Below are positions 36,472 through 45,956 of a stretch of DNA of 64,000 nucleotides, one piece after another (within the stretch, counting starts at the first letter, position 1; every line of letters begins with the position of its first letter). Source of the stretch: an uncultured Clostridia bacterium. Lineage in GTDB: Bacteria > Bacillota > Clostridia > Christensenellales > CAG-314. Made by a program: the position numbers and the translations under genes. The notes beneath the pieces were generated by a model. The model searched no databases and was not told where the DNA came from. It worked only from the letters and a program-made list of their open reading frames with translations. The stretch spans positions 25,399-89,398 of the forward strand of contig CANQGD010000002.1 of NCBI GenBank assembly GCA_947601445.1. Direction: 5' to 3'.

Positions 36472-36954
36472 ATGAGTTATTGCAAGGGTTTTTCTCCGAT
36501 ATTCGACAACGACAGCCGATTGCTTATTTTGGGCAGTTTTCCCTCCGTCAAGTCCAGACAGACGGAATTTTACTATGGTAATCCGCGCAACCGATTTTGG
36601 TCGGTGCTTTCCGAGGCTTTTTTTGAGCCGCTGCCCGAAACGACGGAACAAAAGAAACAGCTTTGTCTTCGCAACGGAATTGCCTTGTGGGATATAGTGG
36701 AAAGCTGTTCGATAGAGGGCAGCATGGACGCAAATATACGCGACTTCAAAACCGTAGACTTGCAATACGTTTTGGATGCGTCGCAAACGGAAGCTATTTT
36801 GTGTAACGGCGCAATGGCTTACAAGTTGACTGAGTCCGTTTACGACGGAAATTTGCCGGTCGTGCAATTGCCGTCTACAAGTCCCGCCAATGTGCGTTTC
36901 GACAAAACCGAGTGGCTTAAACAGCTACGACTATATTCAAGGAGAAAATTATGA
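36472..36954 (+). CDS. Uracil-DNA glycosylase superfamily protein, hypoxanthine-DNA (deoxyinosine) glycosylase-like
   Basis: RLLILGSFPSVKSRQTEFYYGNPRNRFW and LPSTSPAN motifs, as in family-6 UDG. Confidence 0.7.
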   Translation: MSYCKGFSPIFDNDSRLLILGSFPSVKSRQTEFYYGNPRNRFWSVLSEAFFEPLPETTEQKKQLCLRNGIALWDIVESCSIEGSMDANIRDFKTVDLQYVLDASQTEAILCNGAMAYKLTESVYDGNLPVVQLPSTSPANVRFDKTEWLKQLRLYSRRKL

Positions 36955-37544
36955 CAGACATCAACAATGCCAAATCCGAATTTTGCGAAATATATCTTTC
37001 CGTTATCCGCCGCGACGGCGCCGATAAACTGTTGGATTATCTTCAAAACAACGACTTTTTTACGGCTCCGGCATCTGCGCGGTATCATCTTGCCGAGTCC
37101 GGCGGCTTGTGCCAACATTCTATAAATGTATACAAACGGCTCAAACAACTTGTCGAAAGGGAATACGGCGAGGAATACTCTCGCATTTACAGCGATGAAA
37201 CGTTGGCGGTTTGTGGTCTGCTGCATGATTTGTGCAAGGTAAATTACTATGTTACCGAAATGCGCAACGTCAAGGAAGGAAACGAATGGGTAAAAAAGCC
37301 TTTTTTCAAAGTTGAAGAAAAATTCCCTTACGGTCACGGAGAAAAATCCGTGTTTATCATTTCGCAATATATGAGGCTTTCTGCCGAAGAAGCGATGGCA
37401 ATAAATTGGCATATGGGCGGATTTGACGAGCGCGTCAAAGGAGGCAGTTATGCGTTTTCCGAAGCGCTTGCCAAGTTCAAATTAGCATTGTTGCTGCACA
37501 TTGCCGATCTCGAAGCAACCTATTTGGACGAAGATCGCGGTTGA
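36951..37544 (+). CDS. HD-domain phosphohydrolase
   Basis: ARYHLAESGGLCQHS and GLLHDLCK (H...HD) motifs. It overlaps the glycosylase stop by 4 nt (ATGA). Confidence 0.7.
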   Translation: MTDINNAKSEFCEIYLSVIRRDGADKLLDYLQNNDFFTAPASARYHLAESGGLCQHSINVYKRLKQLVEREYGEEYSRIYSDETLAVCGLLHDLCKVNYYVTEMRNVKEGNEWVKKPFFKVEEKFPYGHGEKSVFIISQYMRLSAEEAMAINWHMGGFDERVKGGSYAFSEALAKFKLALLLHIADLEATYLDEDRG

Positions 37545-37604
37545 CCGCAAAAATTCATATCATCTCGGCAATGACCGAGCAAGGCAGTTACAAGGACGAA
37601 TACT

Positions 37605-38834
37605 ATGAATGAAAAACTTATTGAAAGATTTTTGAGATATGTACGTATAGATACCGAATCCGTTCCCGATGTACAACAATACCCTTCCAGCGAAAAGCAA
37701 AAAGACTTGCTTTCGCTTTTGAATAGCGAGCTTGCTGAAATGGGTATCTCGGCGCATATGGACGAATACGGCTACGTGTATGCCGTTATACCGGCAAATG
37801 TGCAATGCGATTACACATTGGGTTTCATTGCTCACGTTGACACATCCTCGGCGGTATCCGGCAAAAATGTAAAGCCTGTTGTTACGCGCAACTATGACGG
37901 AAAGGATATTGCGCTTGCAGAGGGAAGAACGCTTTCGCCCGTCGATTTTCCCGATTTGGCGAACCATATCGGACAAACCGTAATCAGCTCCGACGGCACA
38001 ACGTTGTTGGGCGCCGACGACAAAGCCGGCGTGGCGGCAATAATGCAACTTGCGCAAACGCTTGCGACTCATTCCGAAATTCCGCACGGCAAAATAGTCA
38101 TTGCGTTCACTCCCGATGAGGAAGTGGGGCGCGGAACCGATTTCTTTGATGTAAAAGGCTTCGGCGCGGACGGCGCTTACACGGTGGACGGCGGTGGCGC
38201 GGGAGAGTTGGAATATGAAAATTTCAACGCCGCATCCGCAAAGGTGAAGGTAACGGGACTGTCGGTACACCCCGGTTCCGCCAAGAATGTGATGATAAAC
38301 GCCAATCTTATACTTATGGAGTTGCAAGGAATGTTGCCGGTGGAACAAAATCCGCGTTATACAAGCGGTTACGAAGGTTTTTTCCATCTTGACAGTATGC
38401 AGGGTACTTGCGACGAAGCAACCGCGTACTATATCATTCGCGATCATGACCGCGACAAGTTCGAGCGGAAGAAAAAATTGTTTGAAGAAGTCGTCGCGTT
38501 TCTAAACGCAAAGTACGGTGAAAAAACCGTCGAAGTCGAAATCGAAGATAGCTACTACAATATGAAGGAAAAAGTTCTTCCGCATATTCACCTTGTGGAA
38601 AACGCCGTTAAAGCAATGGAAAAAGCGGGAGTGACGCCCAAAGTGGTGCCTATACGCGGCGGTACGGACGGCGCGCGTCTGAGCTATGAAGGACTGCCCT
38701 GTCCCAATCTGTTTACGGGCGGATACAACTGTCACGGCAGATACGAGTACGCAGTGGCGGAGGAGATGGATAAATGTTTGCAGGTATTGCTCAATCTTGT
38801 GGCAATCTACAAGGATTTTTGCTCCGACGATTGA
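37605..38834 (+). CDS. pepT: Peptidase T (tripeptide aminopeptidase, M20B)
   Basis: MNEKLIERFLRYVRIDTES, GFIAHVDT, LLGADDKAG and FTPDEEVG motifs. Confidence 0.9.
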   Translation: MNEKLIERFLRYVRIDTESVPDVQQYPSSEKQKDLLSLLNSELAEMGISAHMDEYGYVYAVIPANVQCDYTLGFIAHVDTSSAVSGKNVKPVVTRNYDGKDIALAEGRTLSPVDFPDLANHIGQTVISSDGTTLLGADDKAGVAAIMQLAQTLATHSEIPHGKIVIAFTPDEEVGRGTDFFDVKGFGADGAYTVDGGGAGELEYENFNAASAKVKVTGLSVHPGSAKNVMINANLILMELQGMLPVEQNPRYTSGYEGFFHLDSMQGTCDEATAYYIIRDHDRDKFERKKKLFEEVVAFLNAKYGEKTVEVEIEDSYYNMKEKVLPHIHLVENAVKAMEKAGVTPKVVPIRGGTDGARLSYEGLPCPNLFTGGYNCHGRYEYAVAEEMDKCLQVLLNLVAIYKDFCSDD

Positions 38835-39017
38835 ACAAACGTCGGTATTAAAGCTTTGTTTTGCCGAACGGTGCCCGAGTTTATTTAAAATTTATCAATT
38901 TAATATATTATTCGGACGGATGCAGAACTTTTTATCTGACATAGATTGCAAAAGAGGTTTGCAATAAGCTGTTTTAGGAAAAAAAAGTAAATGTAAATTT
39001 ACCGAAAGAGGTGTACA

Positions 39018-40223
39018 ATGACGCAAAAACCGAAGGTTTTGATTACTTATATCGAGTCTGGATTCGGACATATAATGTCGGCGCAAGCAATTGCCGACGC
39101 GCTCAAATCCAAGTACGGCGATCAAATGGACGTAATCGAATCCAACATTATGAAGGACGATCAGGATGAAGTATTGATAAAATTCGAAAAGTTTCTCATC
39201 AACCAAACCAAAGCAACCAACAAATATTGGCATTACGGCGATTTGATATTTGCGGTGATGAATTTGGGCAAACGTCCGTTTATGAATTTGGTGCATCATG
39301 TATTTTTTCGCAAGGCAGTAAATGAAATGGTGGAAGTATTTTATGCACGCCGCCCGGACGTCATTATATCCACCCACTATTTTATTACTTTTTGCGCAAT
39401 GGAATATAAAAGGCGGTATAAAAACGAGCTGTCGGTTACGGTAATAAGTTACAATCCCGACAACAACGTCCATATTTGGTGGGACAGATCGTGCGATGTG
39501 TTTATTACCAACAACAGCCTTGCCAGCACCGAAGCTATTCGCCGTCGCCGTTTCGACTATTCGCATGTTCGTCAGGTCTATTTTACGGTGCGTAAATGTA
39601 TACGCGAGTTTAACATGACAAAAGCGGAATGTCGTGAAAAATACAATATTCCGCAGGATAAATTTTGTATTATGATTGCAGACGGGGCGTACGCTCTGTC
39701 CAAATCGAAAAAATATTGCAAGTATCTCGTCAACCACGTCAAGCAACCGTTAACTATATTATTTCTCGCAGGCAAAAACGACAAGTTGTATGACGAGTTT
39801 TGCAAAATGGCAAGCAATACGCGGCCGAACGTAACGCTCATTCCGCTGCGCTTTACGGAAAAAATCTACGAATACTATGCCGCCAGCGATCTTTTTGTAA
39901 CAAAAGCGGGACCCAATTCCATTTTGGACAGTTTGTTTGTGGGTACGCCCGTGATGGTGGATTATTGTCCTCATCCAATAGAGCGAGCCACGTGCAAATT
40001 GTTTGTCAAGTACTACGGATGCGGCGTTACGGCGTTTCACCGTCGTACCGCATTGAAACTTATCAACAATTATGTCGCCGACCCAACTTTGCTTGACGGA
40101 TGTCGAAAAGCTATCGCGGAACACATAGACAAAAATATGAACGGCGGAGAACAAATTGCGGATATTGTTTACGAACAGGTAAAGTACAAAATTGAAGAAG
40201 AACAAGCGAAAACAACTTATTAG
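39018..40223 (+). CDS. MGDG-synthase-like (GT28) diacylglycerol glycosyltransferase
   Basis: KVLITYIESGFGHIMSAQAIADAL N-terminal motif and the C-terminal VTKAGPNSILDSLFVGTPV nucleotide-sugar binding region. Confidence 0.7.
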   Translation: MTQKPKVLITYIESGFGHIMSAQAIADALKSKYGDQMDVIESNIMKDDQDEVLIKFEKFLINQTKATNKYWHYGDLIFAVMNLGKRPFMNLVHHVFFRKAVNEMVEVFYARRPDVIISTHYFITFCAMEYKRRYKNELSVTVISYNPDNNVHIWWDRSCDVFITNNSLASTEAIRRRRFDYSHVRQVYFTVRKCIREFNMTKAECREKYNIPQDKFCIMIADGAYALSKSKKYCKYLVNHVKQPLTILFLAGKNDKLYDEFCKMASNTRPNVTLIPLRFTEKIYEYYAASDLFVTKAGPNSILDSLFVGTPVMVDYCPHPIERATCKLFVKYYGCGVTAFHRRTALKLINNYVADPTLLDGCRKAIAEHIDKNMNGGEQIADIVYEQVKYKIEEEQAKTTY

Positions 40224-40968
40224 CAGATTGGAAGCCGACGGCAAATTCGATGTTGATTATCTGCCGCAAGGCAAACGTTACATTTTGCCCGACGGTGACT
40301 ACAAGTATGTACGAACCAATCCGTTTTACCGTGCGTCCTGCTTGTTTTGTCGCACGATAACATTTCTGTTCGGTCCGTTGCTGTGCTTTTTCCGTTTCGG
40401 ACTGCGTGTGCGCGGTCGCAAAAATCTGAAAGGCGTCAAAAGCGCAATAAGCGTATGCAACCACGTTTCTATTGTGGATACGCTGTTTGTAAAACAGGCG
40501 ATAGGACATTACCGAAGCTATCACACGGGAGCGCCGCACAACAACAAAAAGGGATTTGGGGGCTACATTCTCAGAAGAGCGGGTTTTTTGTCTCTCGGCG
40601 GAGGATTTTCCGCTCAAAAAAAACTGCTCGCAGTGTTCAAAACGCTGCTTAACAAAGGCGCAATAATCAATTTTTATCCCGAAGAAGCGCTGTGGCAACG
40701 TTACGAGAAACCTCGTCCTCTCAAAAACGGCGCTTTCAACTACGCGACAAAATTTAATGTGCCGATAGTGCCGTTATTTATAACTTTCGAAGGCAAACAT
40801 AAACATGCGGTGATAAACGTGCTTTCGCCCATGTATCCCGTGCAGGGACTGAGTGACAAGCAAAATACGGAGCAAATGAGAAACGCATGTTTTGAACAAT
40901 GGAAAGAACTTTACGAAAAAGTCTACGGCAAGTCGCTTGTATATGACATTGACAAAGACGAAAAATGA
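40192..40968 (+). CDS. 1-acyl-sn-glycerol-3-phosphate (lysophospholipid) acyltransferase family protein
   Basis: CNHVSIVD (HX4D) and FYPEEA motifs. There is no ATG in the first ~200 codons, so the start must be TTG (40192, overlapping the GT28 gene by 32 nt, or 40228). Confidence 0.7.
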   Translation: MKKNKRKQLISRLEADGKFDVDYLPQGKRYILPDGDYKYVRTNPFYRASCLFCRTITFLFGPLLCFFRFGLRVRGRKNLKGVKSAISVCNHVSIVDTLFVKQAIGHYRSYHTGAPHNNKKGFGGYILRRAGFLSLGGGFSAQKKLLAVFKTLLNKGAIINFYPEEALWQRYEKPRPLKNGAFNYATKFNVPIVPLFITFEGKHKHAVINVLSPMYPVQGLSDKQNTEQMRNACFEQWKELYEKVYGKSLVYDIDKDEK

Positions 40969-41031
40969 GGCTTTGACGTAATTTACCCAAAATACAATAC
41001 AGTCGGATATGTTTTGAACTCGAAACATATA

Positions 41032-41379
41032 ATGACGAAGGAGGAAATTATCAAATACTGTGCTCATTGCGGAAACCAATTGTTGGATGAAGCCGTTGTC
41101 TGCCCCAAATGCGGTTGCGCCACCGGTTATAAAGCCGCTTCTCAAAATCAAAAAATATTGTTTACAATAATAAAAATCTTTATGATAATAGGCTGCGTAG
41201 CCGTAGGTTCGACGATCATAGGGCTTGCTTGGACAATCCCAATGACCGTGTCAGTGTTCAGATGTCTCGATAACCGCGAACGGATAGGCATCGGATTTAA
41301 AGTTTGCACATTGCTGTTTTGCAATTTGGTCGCCGGCATCATTTTACTTGTCTGCGACACCGAAAATTATTCCGATTAA
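41032..41379 (+). CDS. Zinc-ribbon domain membrane protein
   Basis: CAHCGNQL...CPKCGC zinc ribbon followed by two TM helices. Confidence 0.6.
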   Translation: MTKEEIIKYCAHCGNQLLDEAVVCPKCGCATGYKAASQNQKILFTIIKIFMIIGCVAVGSTIIGLAWTIPMTVSVFRCLDNRERIGIGFKVCTLLFCNLVAGIILLVCDTENYSD

Positions 41380-41593
41380 GTTTTATCGGGGAATTGGCGG
41401 TTAGCAATTAGTTTTAGGCGCACCCATGTATCGTTTTGTTCGAAAAACCACAACGTATTATACACGGGATCGAGAACTTACGTTTTATGCGTAAAAATAT
41501 AATATCTGCAAGATAAAACAAATATGCCGTTGCCGATGTGACGGTTGTCGCTTTACTTTATGACGGGAAGCGGCGGTGCGATCGTAACAAGAA

Positions 41594-41620
41594 GGGGAAA
41601 TTGATTTTTTCAATTTCCCC
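41594..41620 (-). terminator. Hairpin terminator downstream of fba
   Basis: GGGGAAATTGA-TTTTTT-TCAATTTCCCC, an 11-bp stem. The tail is T-rich on both strands. Confidence 0.55.
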
Positions 41621-41685
41621 GTTTTACTTTGAAATAATTCAGTCATATCGGAAACATGGCGTCCGCATTTTTCCGTTATTTGACT

Positions 41686-42621
41686 TTACGCTTTGTCTGC
41701 GCTTCCCAATACGTTTATTATTTTGTGCTTTACCATTTCTTTCATCATGGCGCGAGCGTCGCCGAGATATTGTCTCGGGTCGAAGTGCGACGGATATTCC
41801 GCAAAGTGCTTTCTTACGGCAGCGGTAAATGCGACGCGCAAATCGCTGTCGATATTTATTTTGCACACAGCCATCTTTGCCGCTTTGCGCAATTCGCTTT
41901 CGGGTATGCCTATCGCATTGGGCATTTCTCCGCCGTATTGGTTTACGATTGCCACTTTATCCTGCGGGACGCTGCTTGCCCCGTGTAAAACGATCGGAAA
42001 ATCCGGCAGTCTTTTACCTATTTCTTCCAAAATATCCAATCTGAGTTTGGGGTCCTGACCGGGCTTGAATTTGTACGCTCCGTGACTTGTGCCTATTGCA
42101 ATGGCAAGACTGTCTATGCCGGTACGCGCGGTAAATTCTTCCACTTCGTCGGGGCTGGTGAACATTGCGTCTTTTGATTCGACTTTCACATCGTCCTCTA
42201 TTCCCGCAAGTTTTCCGAGTTCGGCTTCTACAACCACGCCGTGTGCGTGCGCATATTCCACGACTTTGCGAGTCAAAGAAATGTTTTCTTCCCACGGTTT
42301 GGAGCTTGCGTCGATCATTACCGACGTGAATCCGCCGTCGATAGAAGATTTGCAAATTTCAAAATCCGCTCCATGGTCGAGATGCAGCGCAATGGGTATA
42401 TCCGTAGTTTCCACAGCCGCATCGACAAGATGTTTGAGATAGACGGGATTGGCATATTTGCGCGCGCCCGCGGATACCTGCAAAATCACGGGAGAACGAC
42501 ATTCGTTCGCCGCCTCAACGATGGCTTGAACCATTTCCATATCGTTTACGTTGAATGCGCCTACGGCATATCCGCCTTCATAGGCTTTGCGGAACATTTC
42601 TTTTGTTGTTACAAGTGGCAT
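41686..42621 (-). CDS. fba: Class II fructose-1,6-bisphosphate aldolase
   Basis: MPLVTTKEMFRKAYEGGYAVGAFNVNDME, LHLDHG and GTSHGAYKF motifs. SD GGAGG is present. Confidence 0.95.
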   Translation of the reverse strand: MPLVTTKEMFRKAYEGGYAVGAFNVNDMEMVQAIVEAANECRSPVILQVSAGARKYANPVYLKHLVDAAVETTDIPIALHLDHGADFEICKSSIDGGFTSVMIDASSKPWEENISLTRKVVEYAHAHGVVVEAELGKLAGIEDDVKVESKDAMFTSPDEVEEFTARTGIDSLAIAIGTSHGAYKFKPGQDPKLRLDILEEIGKRLPDFPIVLHGASSVPQDKVAIVNQYGGEMPNAIGIPESELRKAAKMAVCKINIDSDLRVAFTAAVRKHFAEYPSHFDPRQYLGDARAMMKEMVKHKIINVLGSADKA

Positions 42622-42844
42622 TTCGATACCTCCTATATAAATAGATTTTATGCAAAGCAAAACGGAATTTTATAACAAAAATTTATTATTTAATGTTGTC
42701 AAAACATTTGCCTTGTGGTATAATTTGAAATAGTGGATTAAACACCGAGGAGCAAAAACTCCTATGGGTATTGTATCACAATACTGAGTTTTAGTAAAGA
42801 AGTATTGCAAAACCAACTAAAAATTTTTTGGAGGTAAACTCACA

Positions 42845-43903
42845 ATGGCACAAAGAAAAGTAAAAGTAGCAATAAACGGGTTTGGACGTATCGGTCGTCT
42901 TGCGTTCCGTCAGATGTTCGGACAAAGACACTACGAAATCGTTGCGATTAACGACCTTACAAGTCCCAAAATGCTTGCTCACCTGTTGAAATACGACACC
43001 GCGCAGGGTCGCTATAATCACGAGATCAGCAGCACGGAGCCTGTTCTTTCCGAAGACGGCAAAAAGGTTCTCACACCCGGCACGCTTACCGTTGACGGCA
43101 AAACCATCAATATCTATGCGGAACCCAAGGCGGACAAACTTCCTTGGAAGAAACTCAGAGTGGATGTCGTGTTGGAATGTACAGGTTTTTATACCAGCAA
43201 GGCAAAGAGCCAAGCTCACATTGACGCAGGCGCCAAGAAGGTTATTATTTCCGCTCCCGCGGGCAACGATCTTCCCACAGTTGTTTTCGGAGTAAACGAA
43301 GGCATTTTGAAGCCTACCGATACCATTATTTCCGCTGCAAGCTGCACAACCAACTGCCTTGCTCCTATGGCAAAGGCGTTAAACGATTATGCTCCCATCA
43401 TCAGCGGTATTATGACGACTGTTCACGCTTACACGGGCGATCAGATGGTTTTGGACGGACCTCACCGCAAGGGCGATCTTCGCCGTGCGCGTGCAGCAGC
43501 TCAAAACATTGTTCCCAACTCCACGGGTGCAGCCAAGGCTATCGGTCTTGTTATCCCCGAATTGGACAAGAAATTGATCGGCAGTGCGCAACGCGTTCCC
43601 GTTTGCACAGGCAGTACAACTATTCTTGTTGCCGTTGTCAAGGGTCATGACATAACGAAGGAAAGCATCAACGCTTATATGAAGAGCGTCGCAAACGAAA
43701 GTTACGGTTACAATGACGAACCAATTGTAAGCAGCGACATTATCGGCGAAACTCACGGTTCGATTTTCGACGCAACTCAAACAATGGTTTCCAAGTTGGA
43801 CGACGATACTTATCAAGTTCAAGTTGTAGCATGGTATGACAATGAAAACAGCTACACAACTCAAATGGTACGCACGATAAAGTATTTTGCGGAACTTTGC
43901 TGA
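42845..43903 (+). CDS. gap: Glyceraldehyde-3-phosphate dehydrogenase
   Basis: [16 protein letters not shown] and [10 protein letters not shown] active-site motifs, plus WYDNE. Confidence 0.95.
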   Translation: MAQRKVKVAINGFGRIGRLAFRQMFGQRHYEIVAINDLTSPKMLAHLLKYDTAQGRYNHEISSTEPVLSEDGKKVLTPGTLTVDGKTINIYAEPKADKLPWKKLRVDVVLECTGFYTSKAKSQAHIDAGAKKVIISAPAGNDLPTVVFGVNEGILKPTDTIISAASCTTNCLAPMAKALNDYAPIISGIMTTVHAYTGDQMVLDGPHRKGDLRRARAAAQNIVPNSTGAAKAIGLVIPELDKKLIGSAQRVPVCTGSTTILVAVVKGHDITKESINAYMKSVANESYGYNDEPIVSSDIIGETHGSIFDATQTMVSKLDDDTYQVQVVAWYDNENSYTTQMVRTIKYFAELC

Positions 43904-43982
43904 CGCGGTGATGTATCTGTCGGATAGTCGGCGGAAATATCGCAAGCGTTTTGAAGCGTAAACATCAAATCTGATTTGAAAC

Positions 43983-44017
43983 AAAACACTCGGCAAAAGA
44001 CCGAGTGTTTTTGTTTT
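43983..44017 (+). terminator. Rho-independent terminator after gap
   Basis: AACACTCGG-CAAAAGA-CCGAGTGTT followed by TTTGTTTT. Confidence 0.75.
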
Positions 44018-44035
44018 GGAAATGAAGTATATTTC

Positions 44036-44064
44036 TTGACTGATTTTCATAAATGTGTTATACT
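44036..44064 (+). promoter_or_regulatory. Sigma-A promoter with extended -10
   Basis: TTGACT (44036-44041), 17-nt spacer, TGT-TATACT (44056-44064). Confidence 0.5.
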
Positions 44065-44212
44065 AACAAAAAAACATGCAAGTCGATTCGCCGACGGTGT
44101 TTGTCTTTTATCGATATGCGCCGTTTTTCGGAAATTTCGATACCCATAGTGTGAAAAACTATGAAAGACGCTTGTTATTGTTTTTGGCATAAATTATTAA
44201 AGGAGTTTTACA

Positions 44213-45520
44213 ATGAATTATATCGCCTTAGGTATTATTGTCCTGACGCTGCTTCCCATAATTTGCGGGTTGCTGCTCGGATTGCTGCGCGGATGGCGCC
44301 GTTCGGCTTTGCGTTTCGGACTTGTTATTCTGGCGTTGATATTGGCTATTGCTTTGTGCGGAGTGGTCAGTAGCGCTATATTAAACATGCAAGTACCGGG
44401 AGAGGAAATAACACTGCGTGAGTTTATCGTGCAAATGCTGGCGGACACATTGCAGGGCATTGACCTCGGCAATCTCGGATCGGCTCTTGCGGAAAGCGTA
44501 TTAAAGATTATAATGTTTGTTTTATTGTTTGACGCGGCATTGTTCCTTACTTGGGCAATCGTATTTCCCATCTGCAAGATATTCGTCAAACCCTACAAGG
44601 ATAGCGAAGGCAATGTAAAAAAACGTCGTCTTATCGGTATGGGTATAGGAGCGGTGCAAGGGCTTGTCGTCGGATTGGTCTTTTGCATAATGATTTCCGG
44701 TTTGGCGTTTCAAGTGGGCAAACTGGGTAATGCCGTCGTATATTTAAACGATTTGCAAGGCAGTACCGCTAAAACATCCGAAGATTCGACTTCGTCGGGT
44801 GATTCGGGCGAATCGTCGAGTCAAGCGGGTATGGAAATCCTCGATATGTTTTCGGAGTACACCGAAACGTCTACGGGTAAATTTTATAATTCCTTCTCCA
44901 CAATATTTGACGCCGTTTCACGTGTGGACCTGCCCGAATCCGACAGGAAAATTACGCTCTCCGGCACGGTAGACGCAGTTAACGGTATGGCTCAAATGGC
45001 ACATCAGGTAAAGCAATTACAGGACGTTGATTTCAGCAATTTGTTTAACTTCGACGGCGACAAAGGCGATAACGTAGATTTGCAGAAAGTCAACGAGGTT
45101 TTTGAGGCGCTGGACAGTATTAACGGCGATCTTTCTCCCGAGGCAAAAGAGACGATAAAGGATACATTAAGCGCAATCGGAGACAGTATGGATTTACCTG
45201 TCGATCTCGATTTCGGCGATGTGGATTTCGACAAAGTCGAATTTGCCAAAGAAGGAGAAATTATCGGACAGCTTGTTGACTATGCAAAGCAGGATAACCC
45301 GAGTCAAGAGGATGCAAAGGATGTTGCGGAAAAAGTTTTGGACAGCAATCTTATAGTTCCCGCATTGCAAGGTTCCAATTTCAATGCCGAGGATGTGCTG
45401 ACCGAAGAACAAAGAGAAACGATTTCCGATGTTCTTGACGAACTCGAATCGGATGAAAGCAAAAACATCGATCCCGACAAGCTTCAAGCCCTGCGCGATT
45501 TGCTTGGTCTCGGCAAGTGA
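44213..45520 (+). CDS. CvpA-like membrane protein with long acidic C-terminal extension
   Basis: The N-terminus MNYIALGIIVLTLLPIICGLLLGLLRGWRRS and 4 TM helices resemble CvpA. The C-terminal ~230 aa are D/E/S-rich. Confidence 0.5.
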   Translation: MNYIALGIIVLTLLPIICGLLLGLLRGWRRSALRFGLVILALILAIALCGVVSSAILNMQVPGEEITLREFIVQMLADTLQGIDLGNLGSALAESVLKIIMFVLLFDAALFLTWAIVFPICKIFVKPYKDSEGNVKKRRLIGMGIGAVQGLVVGLVFCIMISGLAFQVGKLGNAVVYLNDLQGSTAKTSEDSTSSGDSGESSSQAGMEILDMFSEYTETSTGKFYNSFSTIFDAVSRVDLPESDRKITLSGTVDAVNGMAQMAHQVKQLQDVDFSNLFNFDGDKGDNVDLQKVNEVFEALDSINGDLSPEAKETIKDTLSAIGDSMDLPVDLDFGDVDFDKVEFAKEGEIIGQLVDYAKQDNPSQEDAKDVAEKVLDSNLIVPALQGSNFNAEDVLTEEQRETISDVLDELESDESKNIDPDKLQALRDLLGLGK

Positions 45521-45629
45521 CGATCTTACCATATTTGCCGTTTGCAAAGTTAATCTTGGATGTGCGGCGATGCAATTCCAAACGGTAGTTTGTAAACGTT
45601 GATGGCAAGAACCCGAATATAAGAAATAG

Positions 45630-45656
45630 GAATGGCAATTGTGCCATTCTTTTTCT
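45630..45656 (+). terminator. Rho-independent terminator
   Basis: GAATGGCA-ATTG-TGCCATTC followed by TTTTTC. Confidence 0.75.
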
Positions 45657-45689
45657 TTTGCAATTCAAGAAACGAATTTTACGCTTTTA

Positions 45690-45718
45690 TTGAAATTTGA
45701 TTTTTTTTGTGATACAAT
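45690..45718 (+). promoter_or_regulatory. Sigma-A promoter with extended -10 (pdp operon)
   Basis: TTGAAA (45690-45695), 17-nt spacer, TGA-TACAAT (45710-45718). It lies about 240 nt upstream of the pdp ATG. Confidence 0.55.
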
Positions 45719-45956
45719 AATTTTGAAGTTTGTCATACCGCGGCTTTTGTCGGCGTTCATAACTCCGTAACGCAAGCACGGTGTTATTGCAAACGAACCG
45801 TCCGCATAGAATAGTATATTGTATTGTTTGAAATTCTTTGACCGACCGTCGGAATCGAGTTGCGAAAATCGATTTACGTAAATTTGTCGGCGGAGATTAA
45901 ATTATTTGCATTGCTTTGCGGCGGATGAAAATGAAATAAATCAAGGAGAAAACCAT

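Noticed and set aside
45591-45604. cre (CcpA) site TGTAAACGTTGATG
   Set aside because: It mismatches the conserved 3' C of the cre consensus and lies downstream of the CvpA-like gene rather than at a carbohydrate promoter.
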